The notes beneath the pieces were generated by a model. It was not told where the DNA came from, did no database searches, and saw only the letters and a list, made by a program, of their open reading frames with translations. Shown piece after piece: positions 41,010-54,501 of a DNA stretch of 64,000 nucleotides. This DNA is from Octopus sinensis (Eukaryota). The first letter of the stretch is position 1. Each line of letters starts with the position of its first letter. Where the stretch lies: NCBI RefSeq assembly GCF_006345805.1, contig NC_042997.1, forward strand, positions 90,706,001 to 90,770,000. The letters are read 5' to 3'. Both the position numbers and the translations under genes were made by a program.

Positions 41010-41430
41010 AACCCAAGCCACAGCAACTAAATCTACCTGCCACACCTCCCAGTCCAACATCACTTCCTCAAGGTCCTGGATACATTCCAGGCCAATGTCT
41101 TTGATCAAGTTGTCAATTTAAGTGTGACAAAGTTTTCCTCTCCTTTCATCACCATGAAGTGGGTTCCACCAGACTAATTTGGATGTTTTCAGTTCAGGGT
41201 AGCTCACACAGTGACCAGAGAGTTACAGCCTTTTTGCCTGATCTTCTTGCTAACATTCGACAGGTCTCCACTAAGCCATTCATTTGATGAGGGAAAATCG
41301 GTAGCTTTTGGTCAACCAAGCAACTAATTTCAAAAATACCTGGTTTTGTTTCCTTATATCAATAGTTCATAAAACACTAGTGGTGCCCTCAAGAAATACC
41401 CTCAGATATTTCTATATTTACTCCATTTTA
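41010..41430 (-). mobile_element. RTE-like LINE 3' remnant (intronic)
   Basis: Minus strand reads WWNPLHGDERRGKLCHT*IDNLIKDIGLECIQDLEEVMLDWEVW, resembling the RTE C-terminus (PxHGxRxRGRP..TYIDxL..DTG..M.DR..W). Confidence 0.6.
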
Positions 41431-43080
41431 AAGAATATCAACAGATATGTTTTATAACATGGTCAATATCATCATCATCATCGTCATAACCTACATCATT
41501 TTAAAGGATATTTATAACTCAGATAATATGAATATCATCAACATTGTTTAAAGAAAGAAAGAGAGGGAGAGAGAAAAGAAAGGAGGAAATGAGTAATTAT
41601 CAAAAATATAATTATCAAACATTCATGAATGCAATCAATAGTAGTGATCAGGCAATGAAAATCTAATGGCTCACTTGAGGATGGTCAATGACAGTAATGG
41701 AATGAAAGCACCATCAAACAGACTGTATCAGATCAAGGGGTGAGTAAGCAGACAGATAGAGAAATTATGCAAAGTAAACTGCTTGAGTCTTGTTTTGTAA
41801 GAGGTAAAGAAAATTATTGTGAGAACAAGAAAAGCCAACTAACTTTCTGACAGATGTACCACAGCTTCCACTGACAGAGTCATAAACAAAATTAATGAAG
41901 CCACAAGGTCATAAATTAGCAATCAACTCAAGAACTAATTAAGGTCTTTGCCAAACTGAAGCCATCAATCAATTTTAAAGATGGGGGTAAAGAACAGAGG
42001 AAATTTCCTGGATGGACAGTCTCTGCTATAACACTCAATATAATACATTATCACTGATACACTGACCACATAACTACAACAGATACCTATAGTGTTTACT
42101 AGTGACAGTGACCACACAATCACTACAAACAAGTGACTGAGCTACGATTAACTATTAGTAATTTCATTAACAATATCACCACAAGCAACCACCATCACAA
42201 CCACCATGCACCATCATTAACCACTACAAGAGAACTTAATGATTTCAATATGAAATTAACCAGCCTGACCACATTCTACAGAGTGAAGTAATAACATGAC
42301 CACAGAGATGAGTCCTTTTGCTTCAATATTTAACATGTCACCATTTCAATCCCAACTAATGTTATTTCCAGTTAATAATTTAGAACTGAAATACTGAAAT
42401 GCTCATTCAGAATGCTAAGGAGAGTTAGAGTTTATTATTATTATTATTAATAATATTAATAATGGTTTCAAATTTTGCCACAAGAGCAACAATTTGGCAG
42501 GGCAGGAATGAGCCAATTACATTAACCCAAGTGTTTCACTGGTACTTAATTTATCAACCCCAAAAGGATGGAAGGTAAAGTCGACCTCGGCAGAATTTGA
42601 ACTCAGAACGTAGCAACAGGTAAAATACCACTAAGCATTTCACCCAGCATGCTAACAATTCTGCCAGCTCGCCACCTGAATAATAATATCTCAAACAACA
42701 ATTACAATTATTCAAACTCAGAATGTTTACATCCCTTTACATTTGGCACTAACATTCTTCTAGCGGTCATTTGATTAATACCAGTCACATACTGGTTCAG
42801 TTAAATTAACGTCACCTCCTTCCCCTACAAATTTGTGGCCTTGGGCCAACAAAAGAAACCGTTATTATCATCAGTATTGTAATTACCTTGACTTTCAGTT
42901 TATGTATGCCTCTTCTAGTTAATGCCATACCAGGCCATTATAATCAAATTGAGAGATAGGCAATGATTTCACAAAATGTACCTATGGAATTACAGTGGTG
43001 TGTGTATGTGTGTGTCTTCACACAGTTATGCTAATTTGCAAAAGCCTCCTATTATGATAATTATGTGTAGCAGAGGCAGT

Positions 43081-43270
43081 TTAACCCATTAGCATCCAGA
43101 TTACAATGCCAAATGTAATGCTTATTATTTACACTGTTTTGAATTAATCATGCATTATCTCATAACTTCAACATTTTTTTTCATTAGAATGATATAGTAG
43201 GATAGGTGTGAGAGGCCAGATCTGGCTGGTTGAGACATAAAACTGATCAAGTTGGATATGGCTAGTCAAA
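43081..43270 (+). mobile_element. TTAA-bounded (piggyBac-type) MITE, with related copies at ~26415-26576 (+), ~39680-39760 (+) and 51478-51680 (-)
   Basis: Starts TTAACCCATTAGCATCCAGA. The 51478-51680 copy ends TCTGGATGCTAAAGGGTTAA. Internal CAAATGTAATGCTTAT and GGTGTGAGAGGC are shared. Confidence 0.65.
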
Positions 43271-45769
43271 CTTGTAGGGAGAGAAAATTGAAAAGTTATG
43301 GCATTCATCTCATCCATCTGAAAAGTACACTAGATCATAACCTAGACATACTGCTTTACTTACAGGGACAGTTAACATGGGGATTAAAATTGATACAGTA
43401 TGCCTCCACAAAAGCTATTTTGGTACGAATATGTTATATACTGAAAACAGTAATGTATCAAGTCTAAGAGAGGAACCCAAGGTATACTCTAATGGCAGAG
43501 TTTAGTTCTATGTCAAAGCTATCTCCACTCATGTGTTCAATCAACATCATCATCAATTTAACATCCACTTTTCCATGCCTGCCTCAGTTGGACAAAATTT
43601 ATTGATTTTTGTTATGGCTTGATACCCTTCCTGTCACTAACACTCACCTGTTTTCAAGCAAGGTTAATATTTTCCCATGGTCTTGCAGAATATTGGAAAT
43701 GAATGATGATGACAATCATTTACAACAATCACACAATATCACGACAAGGAGACACAAACACACACGTGTAGACAACAGACCTCTTTCACTTTCCATCTAC
43801 CAAAGCCCGTGGCTAAAGTAGAAGATACTTGCCCAAGACGCCATGCAGTGAGACTGAACCCAGAACCAAGTAGTTGGAAAGTAAACTTCGTTAATTTTTT
43901 TTTTTAAATTGATAAGGAATATCCTCCTTGTTGCTATTTAGCCCCAACTCAGCCTTGATTGAGCTGATCAATGGTCAAAGGTGTTCCAGCTGTGACCATC
44001 CCTTAATTATCTTTCTTTTTTATTTCCCTGACACAGTGTATATCAAACTACATTATCAAATGTGACCTTTCCTTTCTTAACATGGTAGGGTATGGTGAAA
44101 GAAACTTGGCTGCTATTTCTAGCAAGATGAGTAACAATGAAAAGGCTTTTTCATTGATCATTATTATCATTTCATTGTTCACCTCTGGTCTGTTGTAAAA
44201 TAAATGTTCCAGTTAAAAACCAAAACACAGAATTGAAAGTGTTTCTCACAATAGCACTACCAAAAACAACAATAACTTATTGAAAATATTATTGAGCTCT
44301 AAGCATACATGAATGAGAGAGAGAGAGAGAATTCTACAGAGTCTACACAAAATGCAGAAGTCTCTTAACTATAGCCCCTACACCAAATCTGCTTGCAGTA
44401 TTACCATAACTTTCACTAGTCAATAGATTTGAGCTTTAGTGTGCACACAAGAGATTTTACTTATATTTGAAAGAAACTGTCCAATTCTAGGGACAATTTT
44501 ATTACAATGGACTAGCAGGATTATCTCTTAATCTAAAGAGTTGCAGGCGCCAATGGAAGAGGGAGAGAATGAGTGGAAGAGAAACAGATGGAAGGAGAGA
44601 TGCAATCTAAGCAACAACAGCAGCAACAACAAAAACTTTCTTTGCCAGAATTTAATTAATAAAAAAAAGCAATCACTTGCTTTCTCTTTGGGTTTCAGAA
44701 ACAAAACAAAAATAAAAGCTACCAAATTTATTTGGCATTTCCAAAACGAGATTTCTGCTCACATAGGGGACAACTGTCTTCAATATAACAATTTAGATCT
44801 ACCAACATAACACAAAGAAATCCCAACAGAAATTATTTTCTCCTCCCAACTTACCTTCATAGACATTGCTCTTTTTGAATTTTTACAATATTTTTTTTTT
44901 AATATTTTCAACCAAGATAAGAAAAAAATGGTGCCAAACAAATTTATTTGGGGAAAGAAGAAAAAAATTAGTTTTAATTGTTCACTTCTTCATCTGTTTT
45001 TCTCATCCACCAACATTTCTTCTTCCTTGCCTTTATTTTCAACCTACTCAAAGTAACCCTATTATCATTACTAATATCATCAACAATTATTCTATCTTCA
45101 TCATCACCCACTCTTCCCCTACTATTCTATTTATATATATATATATTTATTTATCTACCTGTTTTTATAATACACACACACACACACACACAATTTCTGT
45201 GTGTATGTTTATGTGCATGCACACATGCGAGTGTATGTATCATGTATCTGTCCCCTTTAACGACATCAACAAATTCTGCCTCTAAAACAGTAAAACAACA
45301 ACCTTCAATTTCACCCCACAATTAGTACATCTTCCACAATAACAACAGTCGTGGCAACACCTTAACATCTTCCCCCGCCACTGCCACCACCGCCAACACT
45401 TATCATCACCCAGTGCCACTACCACCAAACATGGCTCCTCCAGAATCTTTGTTGTTCACTTGAGCGATTACTTTAACACCATCCGCGCCAAAGTTTTTCA
45501 GGAGCAGAATGAATTGCCACTAAAGAAAATAAGACAAAAAACAAACAAAAAAAATCGGTTCCACCAGCTTTGATTATTGGTGTTGTTGCTCTGACACATT
45601 TTTGGCAATTCCTTTACCTTAGAGACACCAACAAATAACTAAAGAGCAACAAGAGGTGGGAAGAGCAAACACCAGCACTACATCAAAACACTTACACTAA
45701 AGCATATATATTTATGTATATGTATGTGTGTTCATATATAATGTGGTTGTGTGTATGTATATATGTGTA

Positions 45770-45844
<75 letters not shown>

Positions 45845-48796
45845 CACACACACCACACACACATAGAGTGAAAGAGCTAAAATGCATGTAAAAATACATG
45901 CGTACATACTTGTATGCATGTATGTGTGTATGTAGATATAGACATGTACATGTAATAATGCACAAAATGTGTATACTAACACATATTACCTATATACATT
46001 ATATAGACACACATATGAAGCTTAACTTGTGTACAGTTGTTCATGAATGTATACACACACACACACACACATGTGATATGGGAAGCGAAGATCTTCGTCT
46101 GAAGGCCCATATGTTATGTTAACGGTGTCAACAGCGCTGTTGATTGTAAGAGAGGCACTCACATCTGGACGATTGAAGTTGAGCTGTGATTTTTAACACA
46201 ACTCCCCAACACCATGACAAACACTTCATTAGAAAACAGTTATAGGAAATTTAGAGAAGAAAAAAAAGATAATTAAATAAATTTTTTTTTAAATAATAAT
46301 AAAAAAAACTCTCCAACGACCAGAAGAAACAATTATAATTAAAAAGAAATTGAAAGGAAGGAAATATGAAAAATGAAAATAAAAATATCAAAAATTTGTT
46401 TGTTATAGATTTTAGAGAAAAAAAAAAGTAACAATGAAAATAATACACACACAGCTAAAATGATTTCTATCCCTGAAGAACTTTTTAGATATCTGTTTGT
46501 TTGCTCTCTCTCTCTCTCTCTTTTCCATATATACATATATGTACACACACACACACATACATATATATAAATACACACACACATATATACACATGCATAT
46601 ACATATATAATATATATATACATATTTAAATACGCACACTATATACATATATACATATTTAAATACGCACACTATATATATATACACACATATGTATATA
46701 ATGGGGTGGAGAAGTTGCAGGTAGTGAATGGTGTCTTTATTGTATTTTTATCATGTTTTTGCCTTTCTTTTTTTTGTTTTGGGGTATTTTCTTTTTCCAT
46801 TTTTTTTTTCTCCTCTAAATTTTTCTCTCCTCTGTAAAGCAAAGTTAAAATATCTTCCAAAATACTGTCTTAGAGATCGAAAAGATTTCCCACTTTATGA
46901 AAGAAGTAAAAAGCTTCACTGCTATTATCTTCCATAAATATCACACCTAGTGATCTGACATCAGTGGTGCACTTTCTGTATAATAGAAATTGTATATTGT
47001 TGTCATCATCATAGTTATTAATATAGCTAATATTACTACAGTTAATATTTTTCTGATTTTATTGAAAAACAATTTTTGTCATTATGAATCTCTCTCTCAC
47101 TCACTCTCTCCTTGTCTTCAATTCTTTTCTCATCTTCAAACTTTTCTTCTCCCCCTATTTGTATTTCTTTCTCTCAAAATTTCCGTCTTCCTTTTTTTAC
47201 TATCTCTTTATTATCTAGCCCACTCTCTGATTCCTTCCTTTCTTCTGTCTGACCTCCCCAACCTCTTCTCTCCATTTATTTTAACATGCTTTTCTCTCAT
47301 TCTTTCCTTCCGCCACAAACTGAACAATGAGGCAAAACTGAGCCCATAAATAACAGATCTCTAACCAAGTAGCAATAATTGAATCCATTCAAGTTAGGCT
47401 GCTCCAATATATCAAAAATAATGGTGAGGATGGTGCTAATAATAGTTTCAAATTTTGGCAGGGGGCTAACAGTTTTTGAGGAGAGTGGGAGTCAATTAGA
47501 TTTATCCCAGTACTTACTTTATCAACCATGAAAGGATGAAAGGCAAAGTCAACCTCAGCAGAATTTGAACTCAGAACATAGAGATTGTTGAAATGCTGCT
47601 AAGTGTTTTGTTCAGCATGCTAACACTTCTGCCAGCTCATCACCTTGATGATAATGATGATGCTGATAATTATAATAATAATTGATAGCGTTGTTAAGTG
47701 TGTGAAATAAACTGCCCTTGCAGTATTTGTTCTAGCTCTCTGCACTTTAAGGAGTTTTTTTCCCTCTTGGAGGTCAACCTTGCCTTTCATCATTTGGGGA
47801 CCGGTAAGGACTAGTCCATTGTAGTGGATTGGCAGTATAAACTGTAAGAACATCTAATGAGATACCTAATGGTTTCTTGCTCAAATGTTTTGCATTCTCA
47901 GGTCAAATCCCCCTTGCTGTCACAGAGCCATTAAAGCTCAGCTAACAGTGATAGGCCTTCAATGTCAAATGGAAAGTGCACCAACTGAAACAGTAATTCA
48001 GTCACATCAATAAAACAAGTGGATCCAGCACAAAACAGAATGCACACTTGGCAGAAAAAATAACTACGGCAGTAGTGATAGTGACAATGATGCCAAGCCA
48101 GCTCATCATTAACAACTGCAGTAGAATAACTATTGTAGCCTCAATTTGTTTTTAATCGTCAACAATTTTTATACATATTAAAAATTTTAGTCATTATTAC
48201 CATATATATTCGTGTATAGTTCAAACTTGGATTTTTAACCAAAAAAAACAATGTATATGTGAATAGGTGCAAGCATGGCTGTATGTTAAGTTTTCTTTCT
48301 AACTACATGATTCTGAGTTCAGTCCCACTGTGTGGAATCTTGATACAAATGTCTTCTACTATAGCCAGAGCCACCCAAAGCCTTGTGAGAGGGAAAGTGA
48401 AAAAAGATTCTGTCTGACTGCCTGCCTGCCTGTGTGTGTTTGTTTTCGTTCCCTTGTCTTGACATCATGTAATAGTTGTAAAATGTTTGTCACTGTCATT
48501 CATTTCTAATATTTTGCAAGAAATATCTGACCATAGGGAAATATTATCTTACTCAGAAACAGGTGGGGGTTGGCAACAGGAAGGACATCTAGCAGTAGAA
48601 AAATCTGCCTAAAACTCTGCAAGCATGGAAAAGTGGACATTAAAACAATGACGATGATAGGTCAAACCAACAGTTTGTGTGGGGGAAACAACAAATTACA
48701 CTCGTAGTAATAAAGTACCATATTTTATGCAGTCATGAATAGGACTACAGGGTTTAAAAAAACACATTACTTATTCCTCTGTGCAAATATACCTCA

Positions 48797-49140
48797 TCTA
48801 TTATATAAAATCCGTTCTGTCTGTCTGTATGTGTGTCTTCTAGGATCTCAGGCATCCTCCATCCAATTGCGCTCAAGTTTGATATGTAGATACCAACGGT
48901 ATCAGGCCGTGTATAAGTTTTGAAAAAATTACAAAAATCGATTCCAGGTGAGAATGCAATCGATAAAGCCGTGGGAATGTGCATTTGTATGTGCAAGTAC
49001 ATCAGCTGTTGCGATCAATACTACGCGTATGTGAGAAAAATGCACGTGCAGTCTGTGCAAAAAAAAGCCGGCTGGCTTGAAATAATGCCACAAAATGCAG
49101 TATATTTAAGAGACCAAAAAAGAGATATTTTCTTCAAACT
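48797..49140 (+). mobile_element. Helitron-like non-autonomous element, 5' part
   Basis: Starts A|TCTATTATATAAAA, then (CTGT)n and CCATCCAATTGCGCTCAAGTTTG, as in Lep1-type Helitrons. It retains CpGs unlike its flanks. I did not find a clear 3' CTRR end. Confidence 0.55.
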
Positions 49141-49332
49141 TGGCATGAAGGAAGGAAAGACTATTTGGTTTCTCAAGAAGTTTTTTTTTTTTTTTTTTTG
49201 CCTTAACTTCATTTAACAAAACCAAAAATTTTATAGAAATAAAGGCATGCTTAATAATTTTTTAATGAAAAGAAAACACTGATTGCTTTTTATTCAGCAC
49301 TGTCCATTGGATGGGGGGGGGGGCGTTTTGCT

Positions 49333-49384
<52 letters not shown>

Positions 49385-49639
49385 CTCCTTTGTCTTGCCA
49401 TGTTTATTTAATGCAACATCTTGTAAGCTGACACAGTTACCCAGTATTACAAAAACATGACATACTATTTTCGATTGCTGATGTACTGACCATAAACAAC
49501 TGTTAGTACCATCTGTAACTTCTGAACAATTCTAGGATAGCATAATAAATACATGTACTAAACAATACAATACCAACAAAATGGATATGGTATTTGCTGA
49601 GGATCAAATCAAATCTTTGCTTTGAAATTAAACACAAAA

Positions 49640-49960
49640 ATTGCATATTTCAGATTTTAAGGCAAGTCGCAGCTGATACAAAGAGCATGGCCATGGATGG
49701 GTTTATGAATGAAAGAGAAGATTTAACACTGCGACAGACAAATAAACATAGCAATTTTACCACAAGAACTACCATGTCATAGAATATACACCAAGGGAGG
49801 CAACATACACAGCTTCCACACAAGTAACATTATATGAATGGAAAATAGGTACCTAGCATGAAAACAGATCAGAAAGTGTAAAATTTAAGAAATATGGGAT
49901 TTTAAATGCTACTGATGGAACAGATGATGAGGATATTGATGGCATAATTGAGAAAACAAA
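49640..49960 (+). mobile_element. pogo/Tigger transposase C-terminal remnant
   Basis: Reads TKGGNI...LYEWKIG...FKKYGILNATDGTDDED, matching the pogo-type SFKKCGISNALDGxEDD motif. Confidence 0.65.
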
Positions 49961-50240
49961 TGTTGATGATCCTATGGCTGATGCTGTCACTCCATATGTG
50001 TGTGTGTGTGTGTGTGTGCGCGTGCATGTTAATCTTTGATATTTATGGCTGTTTCTTTTTTTATACCAATTAGGTGAATGGATCAACTGTGTTTGTGTAT
50101 CAATATGATGTACAAACATTGACCAGCATTGTGTGTAGGCACATGCACATCACACACAAAACATTACAAACATACATACAGGAGTCAGTAAAAAAACAAA
50201 CAAACAAATATTTACTAAGATGCCACATTACACAACTTAC

Positions 50241-50357
50241 TGTATTTATCCTCTTCAGCAGTCGAAGTATCAATTTACGAAGTGAGGACATCTTCGCTTT
50301 ATATGTGTCGGCCTCTTCACTTTTAACAGCTGCTTCAGTTTGAAACTTTCCCACCAA
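50241..50357 (-). CDS. MORC2: MORC2-like protein, penultimate coding exon (coiled coil)
   Basis: ttgtattgcag|...|gtaagt, 117 nt, phase 0-0. Encodes LVGKFQTEAAVKSEEADTYKAKMSSLRKLILRLLKRINT (compare MORC2 KLQKLRTNIVALLQKVQ). Confidence 0.9.
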
Positions 50358-51964
50358 CTGCAATACAACAAAACAAATCATAACTCTTTTGAAGCAATTT
50401 GTATCTATCTTATTAATTAATAAACACACATAAATGGAAAATAATCTAACATAATGTTATATGGCATATACCAAATTCTAGTTTTCCCAGTTCTGTTTCA
50501 GCAGTAATGACAGCATCAATATATCAGATTCCACTCTGATACAGGAAATGAAATGGTACACTGCGCTTGTTGTGCAAACTGTCGAACATACCAGTTTGAG
50601 ACTGCTATCTTCTTGAGTATCACTGAGTCCTTTGGAAACCTCTGATAGAGACATGACATTTGTGACAAGGAGAAAGAAACATCCTCAGTGGTCAGACATC
50701 ATCAGAATGGTCAAATTTGTCAAGGAGGTTCAGAACATCAATGACAACCCCAACAGGTTGATGAGAACCACCCTCTTCTAGCTGCAGCTCAAGTTGGTAG
50801 AGTCCACTACCAAGTATCTGTTTTACATGATGAGAAAAGGCTAATCAATCATATGAACCCCAAAATCATGTAGCCTCTTAACACTCTTGCTTTCAATCCC
50901 CTGGATGGCTGCATCTTGACTGTTGCTAGTGAGGTGGACAAGTACTTATTTGGAGGGTCTATCATGGGTGTAGCAAGTCACATAGTGCTTGATGTGGTTC
51001 TGTAACTGCACCAGGTATATCTTTGGGCCTGGGGCCAGGGTTTTTTTTTATGGCATGTTTCTTTTATGTATATAAATCTTAACATAGAGGCAATTATGCA
51101 GGTAAATATATTAAATATAACAGCTTGGAGAGTTTCAGACAATGAATATTTGAATGTAAATATATAGATATTTAGATTAATAGATCCAACTTTCACAGAG
51201 TACAAATACCAGACAAAATTGAAGGAGAGGAAGTAAAATGTTATAAGTCCAACAGCTGTTTCTGTGGGCTCAGAGATCCATTATAATGTTAGTAGATATA
51301 TATCGTTTTACTGGGAGTATATTGTCTTTTTTGATTTTCCTTATGTTTTGTTTTGCTCATAAATGCCTAATGCACCTCCCCCACACACATAGATTAATAC
51401 AAACTACAGGCTTTTATAAGTTTAGCATGACACATCCTTTTAATAGAATGTGATTTAGTGACTTGACTCTCTAGTATTTAAACCAGCCACATCTGACCCA
51501 AATATTCTCTGTGTGTTTTATGCTTAAACTGCCCAGATCTAGCCTCTCACATATTCTACAATGTCATTTTAAAAATAAATAATCACAACATTCAAATCTC
51601 AAGGCAAAGAAATAATGTATGATTAATTAATGTGAATATAAGCATTACATTTGACAGAGATCTGGATGCTAAAGGGTTAAAGTTCCATATGCATATCTAA
51701 ATAAATTCAATATATTTTTATTTCTAATTGATAGACAATAAAAAAAAACATAACTGTAACAACAAAATGACTTACAACAAGGACAAACCTTGTATGTAAT
51801 ACATTTGGCTCACTGCTAGGATATTGAATAATTCACTACAATTGTTTGTTTGGACTAAAATTATTCAACAACAGCACTCATAAAGCTATCTCTAAAACCC
51901 AGTCACTTCAGAACTCTGAAAACTTTTTTTTTTTTTTAAATGGTATGATTTTCATTCTGCTTAC

Positions 51965-52097
51965 CTTACGTAAACCTTTTTCGTAATGGTCGAAGAAGTC
52001 ATCCAACGGAAACGCTGCTAATTCTGAGAGGGACATATTGGATACAGAATCTTTGTCAATCTTCCAGTTGGGTGGGAGGAAATAGCGCAGACATGTT
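51965..52097 (-). CDS. MORC2: MORC2-like protein, internal exon
   Basis: tctcttag|...|gtaagc, 133 nt, phase 2-0. Encodes (R)[44 protein letters not shown], closely matching MORC2 as I recall it ([44 protein letters not shown]). Confidence 0.93.
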
Positions 52098-52193
52098 CTA
52101 AGAGAGATATAAAAGAAAAGGATAAAGTCCATAGTAACAAAGACAAGTTATTTAATAAGTTGTAAGGAACAATGTTGGCACCAACAAAACAGA

Positions 52194-52415
52194 TTAACCC
52201 TTTTGACCATATTTCTGTTGAAATTCACACCCCTTATCTCAATTAATTTTGGAAATAATGAAGAATTTAGTAAATTGATTTTGTCATTACTGAGCTGGTG
52301 TTTGGAGCATAAATTAACATGAAATTTTGTTGAAATGTTTTTAGATCACCTTAAACATGAAATTTCTATTGTAGAAACAGGGTGGTTTCAGGCAGGTTGG
52401 TATCAAAATGGGTAA
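52194..52415 (+). mobile_element. Second TTAA/CCCT-ended MITE family, with a degenerate copy at ~38880-39117
   Basis: TTAACCCTTTTGA...TATCAAAATGGGTAA imperfect TIRs. Internal blocks are shared with the 38.9-kb copy. Confidence 0.5.
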
Positions 52416-53638
52416 GTTAAAATGTCAATGATTTTTCATAAAAAAATAATACAATTGTTAAAAACTATATCCAAAAATAATGAAAATGGCTTTAAAATAC
52501 AATTTTAGACTGAGGAAATGATGCAAAAAATTAAAATTGGAAAGAAAATAACATATACACATGACCAACATATGTACGATACAGGTGAATATTATAGCAT
52601 GCACAATTACATAGTATGTTATATGAATTACATAGTATGTTATATGCAGACAACTATCACATAGTAAATGACGAAGGATATATACATATACTGCCCCACC
52701 TTCTCTACACTGTTATTTTCATCTAAACCCATCTCCACACACATTCACACACACCTCCTACCTTCCACTGCACCTCTTCCTCTACTCTCACATACCTTCT
52801 GTACAATGTTATACTCAGTACCTACAACCACATACACCATTATGCTCCTACAGCATATACATACATCTACACACACACACTTCCCACTCAATAAACATCA
52901 ACACCCACACTCTCACTTCCTAGGTGTGGATATGTGACTTCCTAGTTACATATCCACACCTCAGCATATATATAATCATGTTATCCACATCTCCAAACTC
53001 CTTCCTAATTTTCACCCCTATTGTACCTCACACCTCCATCCAGGTCGACACACATACACACCCCCACAACACACATCAGATAGGCTAACACATACAAGCG
53101 CCCTTACACACATATACATGTGCACAAACACAAAATATACACACACACTTTAACCAACAGCCGGAGATACATACACACATTAACTGATAAATGACACTCA
53201 CTCACATTCATGCACATGCATAAATGCACACAATATTCCTGCATAAACACACATAATACACACAAACACACACACACAGAACGGTGTCAGACACACACAT
53301 TAGGTGCTACACACACTCACACCCAAAAGTCTCACACACTCCCACACATTTCCACACACGTGCACACATAAATACACAAAATACATTGCTCCACACATAT
53401 GAACAGACTTGCTTACTCACACATGCACGCTCTCATACATATGCATACATGCACTCACACAATCTTCATACTCACACAGGTGCTTGCCCACACACACATA
53501 CATTATCGCCACATACACAAGTACATGTTTGTGGACACACACCTTATCCAGGTTACTGTTGTCTCCCTTGACACTCTGGTCTCCAACCACTTCTTTCTTT
53601 GCAGTCAATTCAACATGTGCAACAGTTAAACCAGACAC

Positions 53639-53693
<55 letters not shown>

Positions 53694-53899
53694 TTCCTAT
53701 TTGTTTTCTCTCATTCCTTTCTGTAAAAGAGCATAAGGCTCAAAGCATCTGTTTTTCTTGAGCATTCTGTTTTTCTTGAGCATCAAACTAATACACCTTA
53801 TTCGTTGTTTCCTCACCTGTCTCTGCCTTTTGAGTCTTGTATATTTTGAGCTCTGTCTGTCTGTCTCTCGTGCGAGTGTGTGTACACGCACACGCGTGC

Positions 53900-54458
53900 G
53901 TTGGGTCTTCTCAGTCACAGCAGACCTCTGGAAGTATGCTGAGACTGAGAAGACCTGTCAAATAAAGTGAGTCCACAACTGTAACCTACACCAGTGTCGC
54001 GTAACCTACACCAGTGTCGCATAACTAGCCCACTCAAAAGTATCTTGGATCGTAGGGTGACATGCCATGCTTGAGGAGACCTATTGAGTCAAGTACATCA
54101 ACATCAGCAATATCAAAATCAAATCAAATGGAAATTGTAGTTGTGAGCCCCCTGCCGGTAGCATGTAAAAAGCACCATCCGAACGTGGCCGACGCCAGTG
54201 CAGCTTTGGCTGGCTTCCATACTGGTGGCACATAAAAAGCACCATCCAATCATGGTCAATGCCAGCTCGTCTGGCCCTTGTGCCAGTGACACATAAAAAG
54301 TACCCACTACACTCTCAGAGTGGTTGGCGTTAGGAAGGGCATCCAGCTGTAGAAACACTGCTAAATCAGATTGGGGCCTAGTGCAGCCTCCTGGCTTCCC
54401 AGATCCCAGTCGAACCGTCCAACCCAGTCCAGCATGGAAAACAGACGTTAAACGATGA

Positions 54459-54460
<2 letters not shown>
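53900..54460 (+). mobile_element. SINE/LINE-tail family C ending in (GAT)n, with related copies at ~37690-37965 and ~55260-55625
   Basis: Internal repeats of G(T/C)..CA(C/T)(G/A)TAAAAAGCAC, core GGTTGGCGTTAGGAAGGGCATCCAGCTGTAGAAAC and tail CAGCATGGAAAACAGACGTTAAACGATGATGAT. A 20-bp tandem duplication lies at 53981-54020. Confidence 0.8.

Positions 54461-54501
<41 letters not shown>

Noticed and set aside
51245-51290. Hammerhead on the gene strand (GAAACAGCTGTT, palindromic stem III)
   Set aside because: I found no CUGANGA core or stem II upstream, so it is at most a dead relic.
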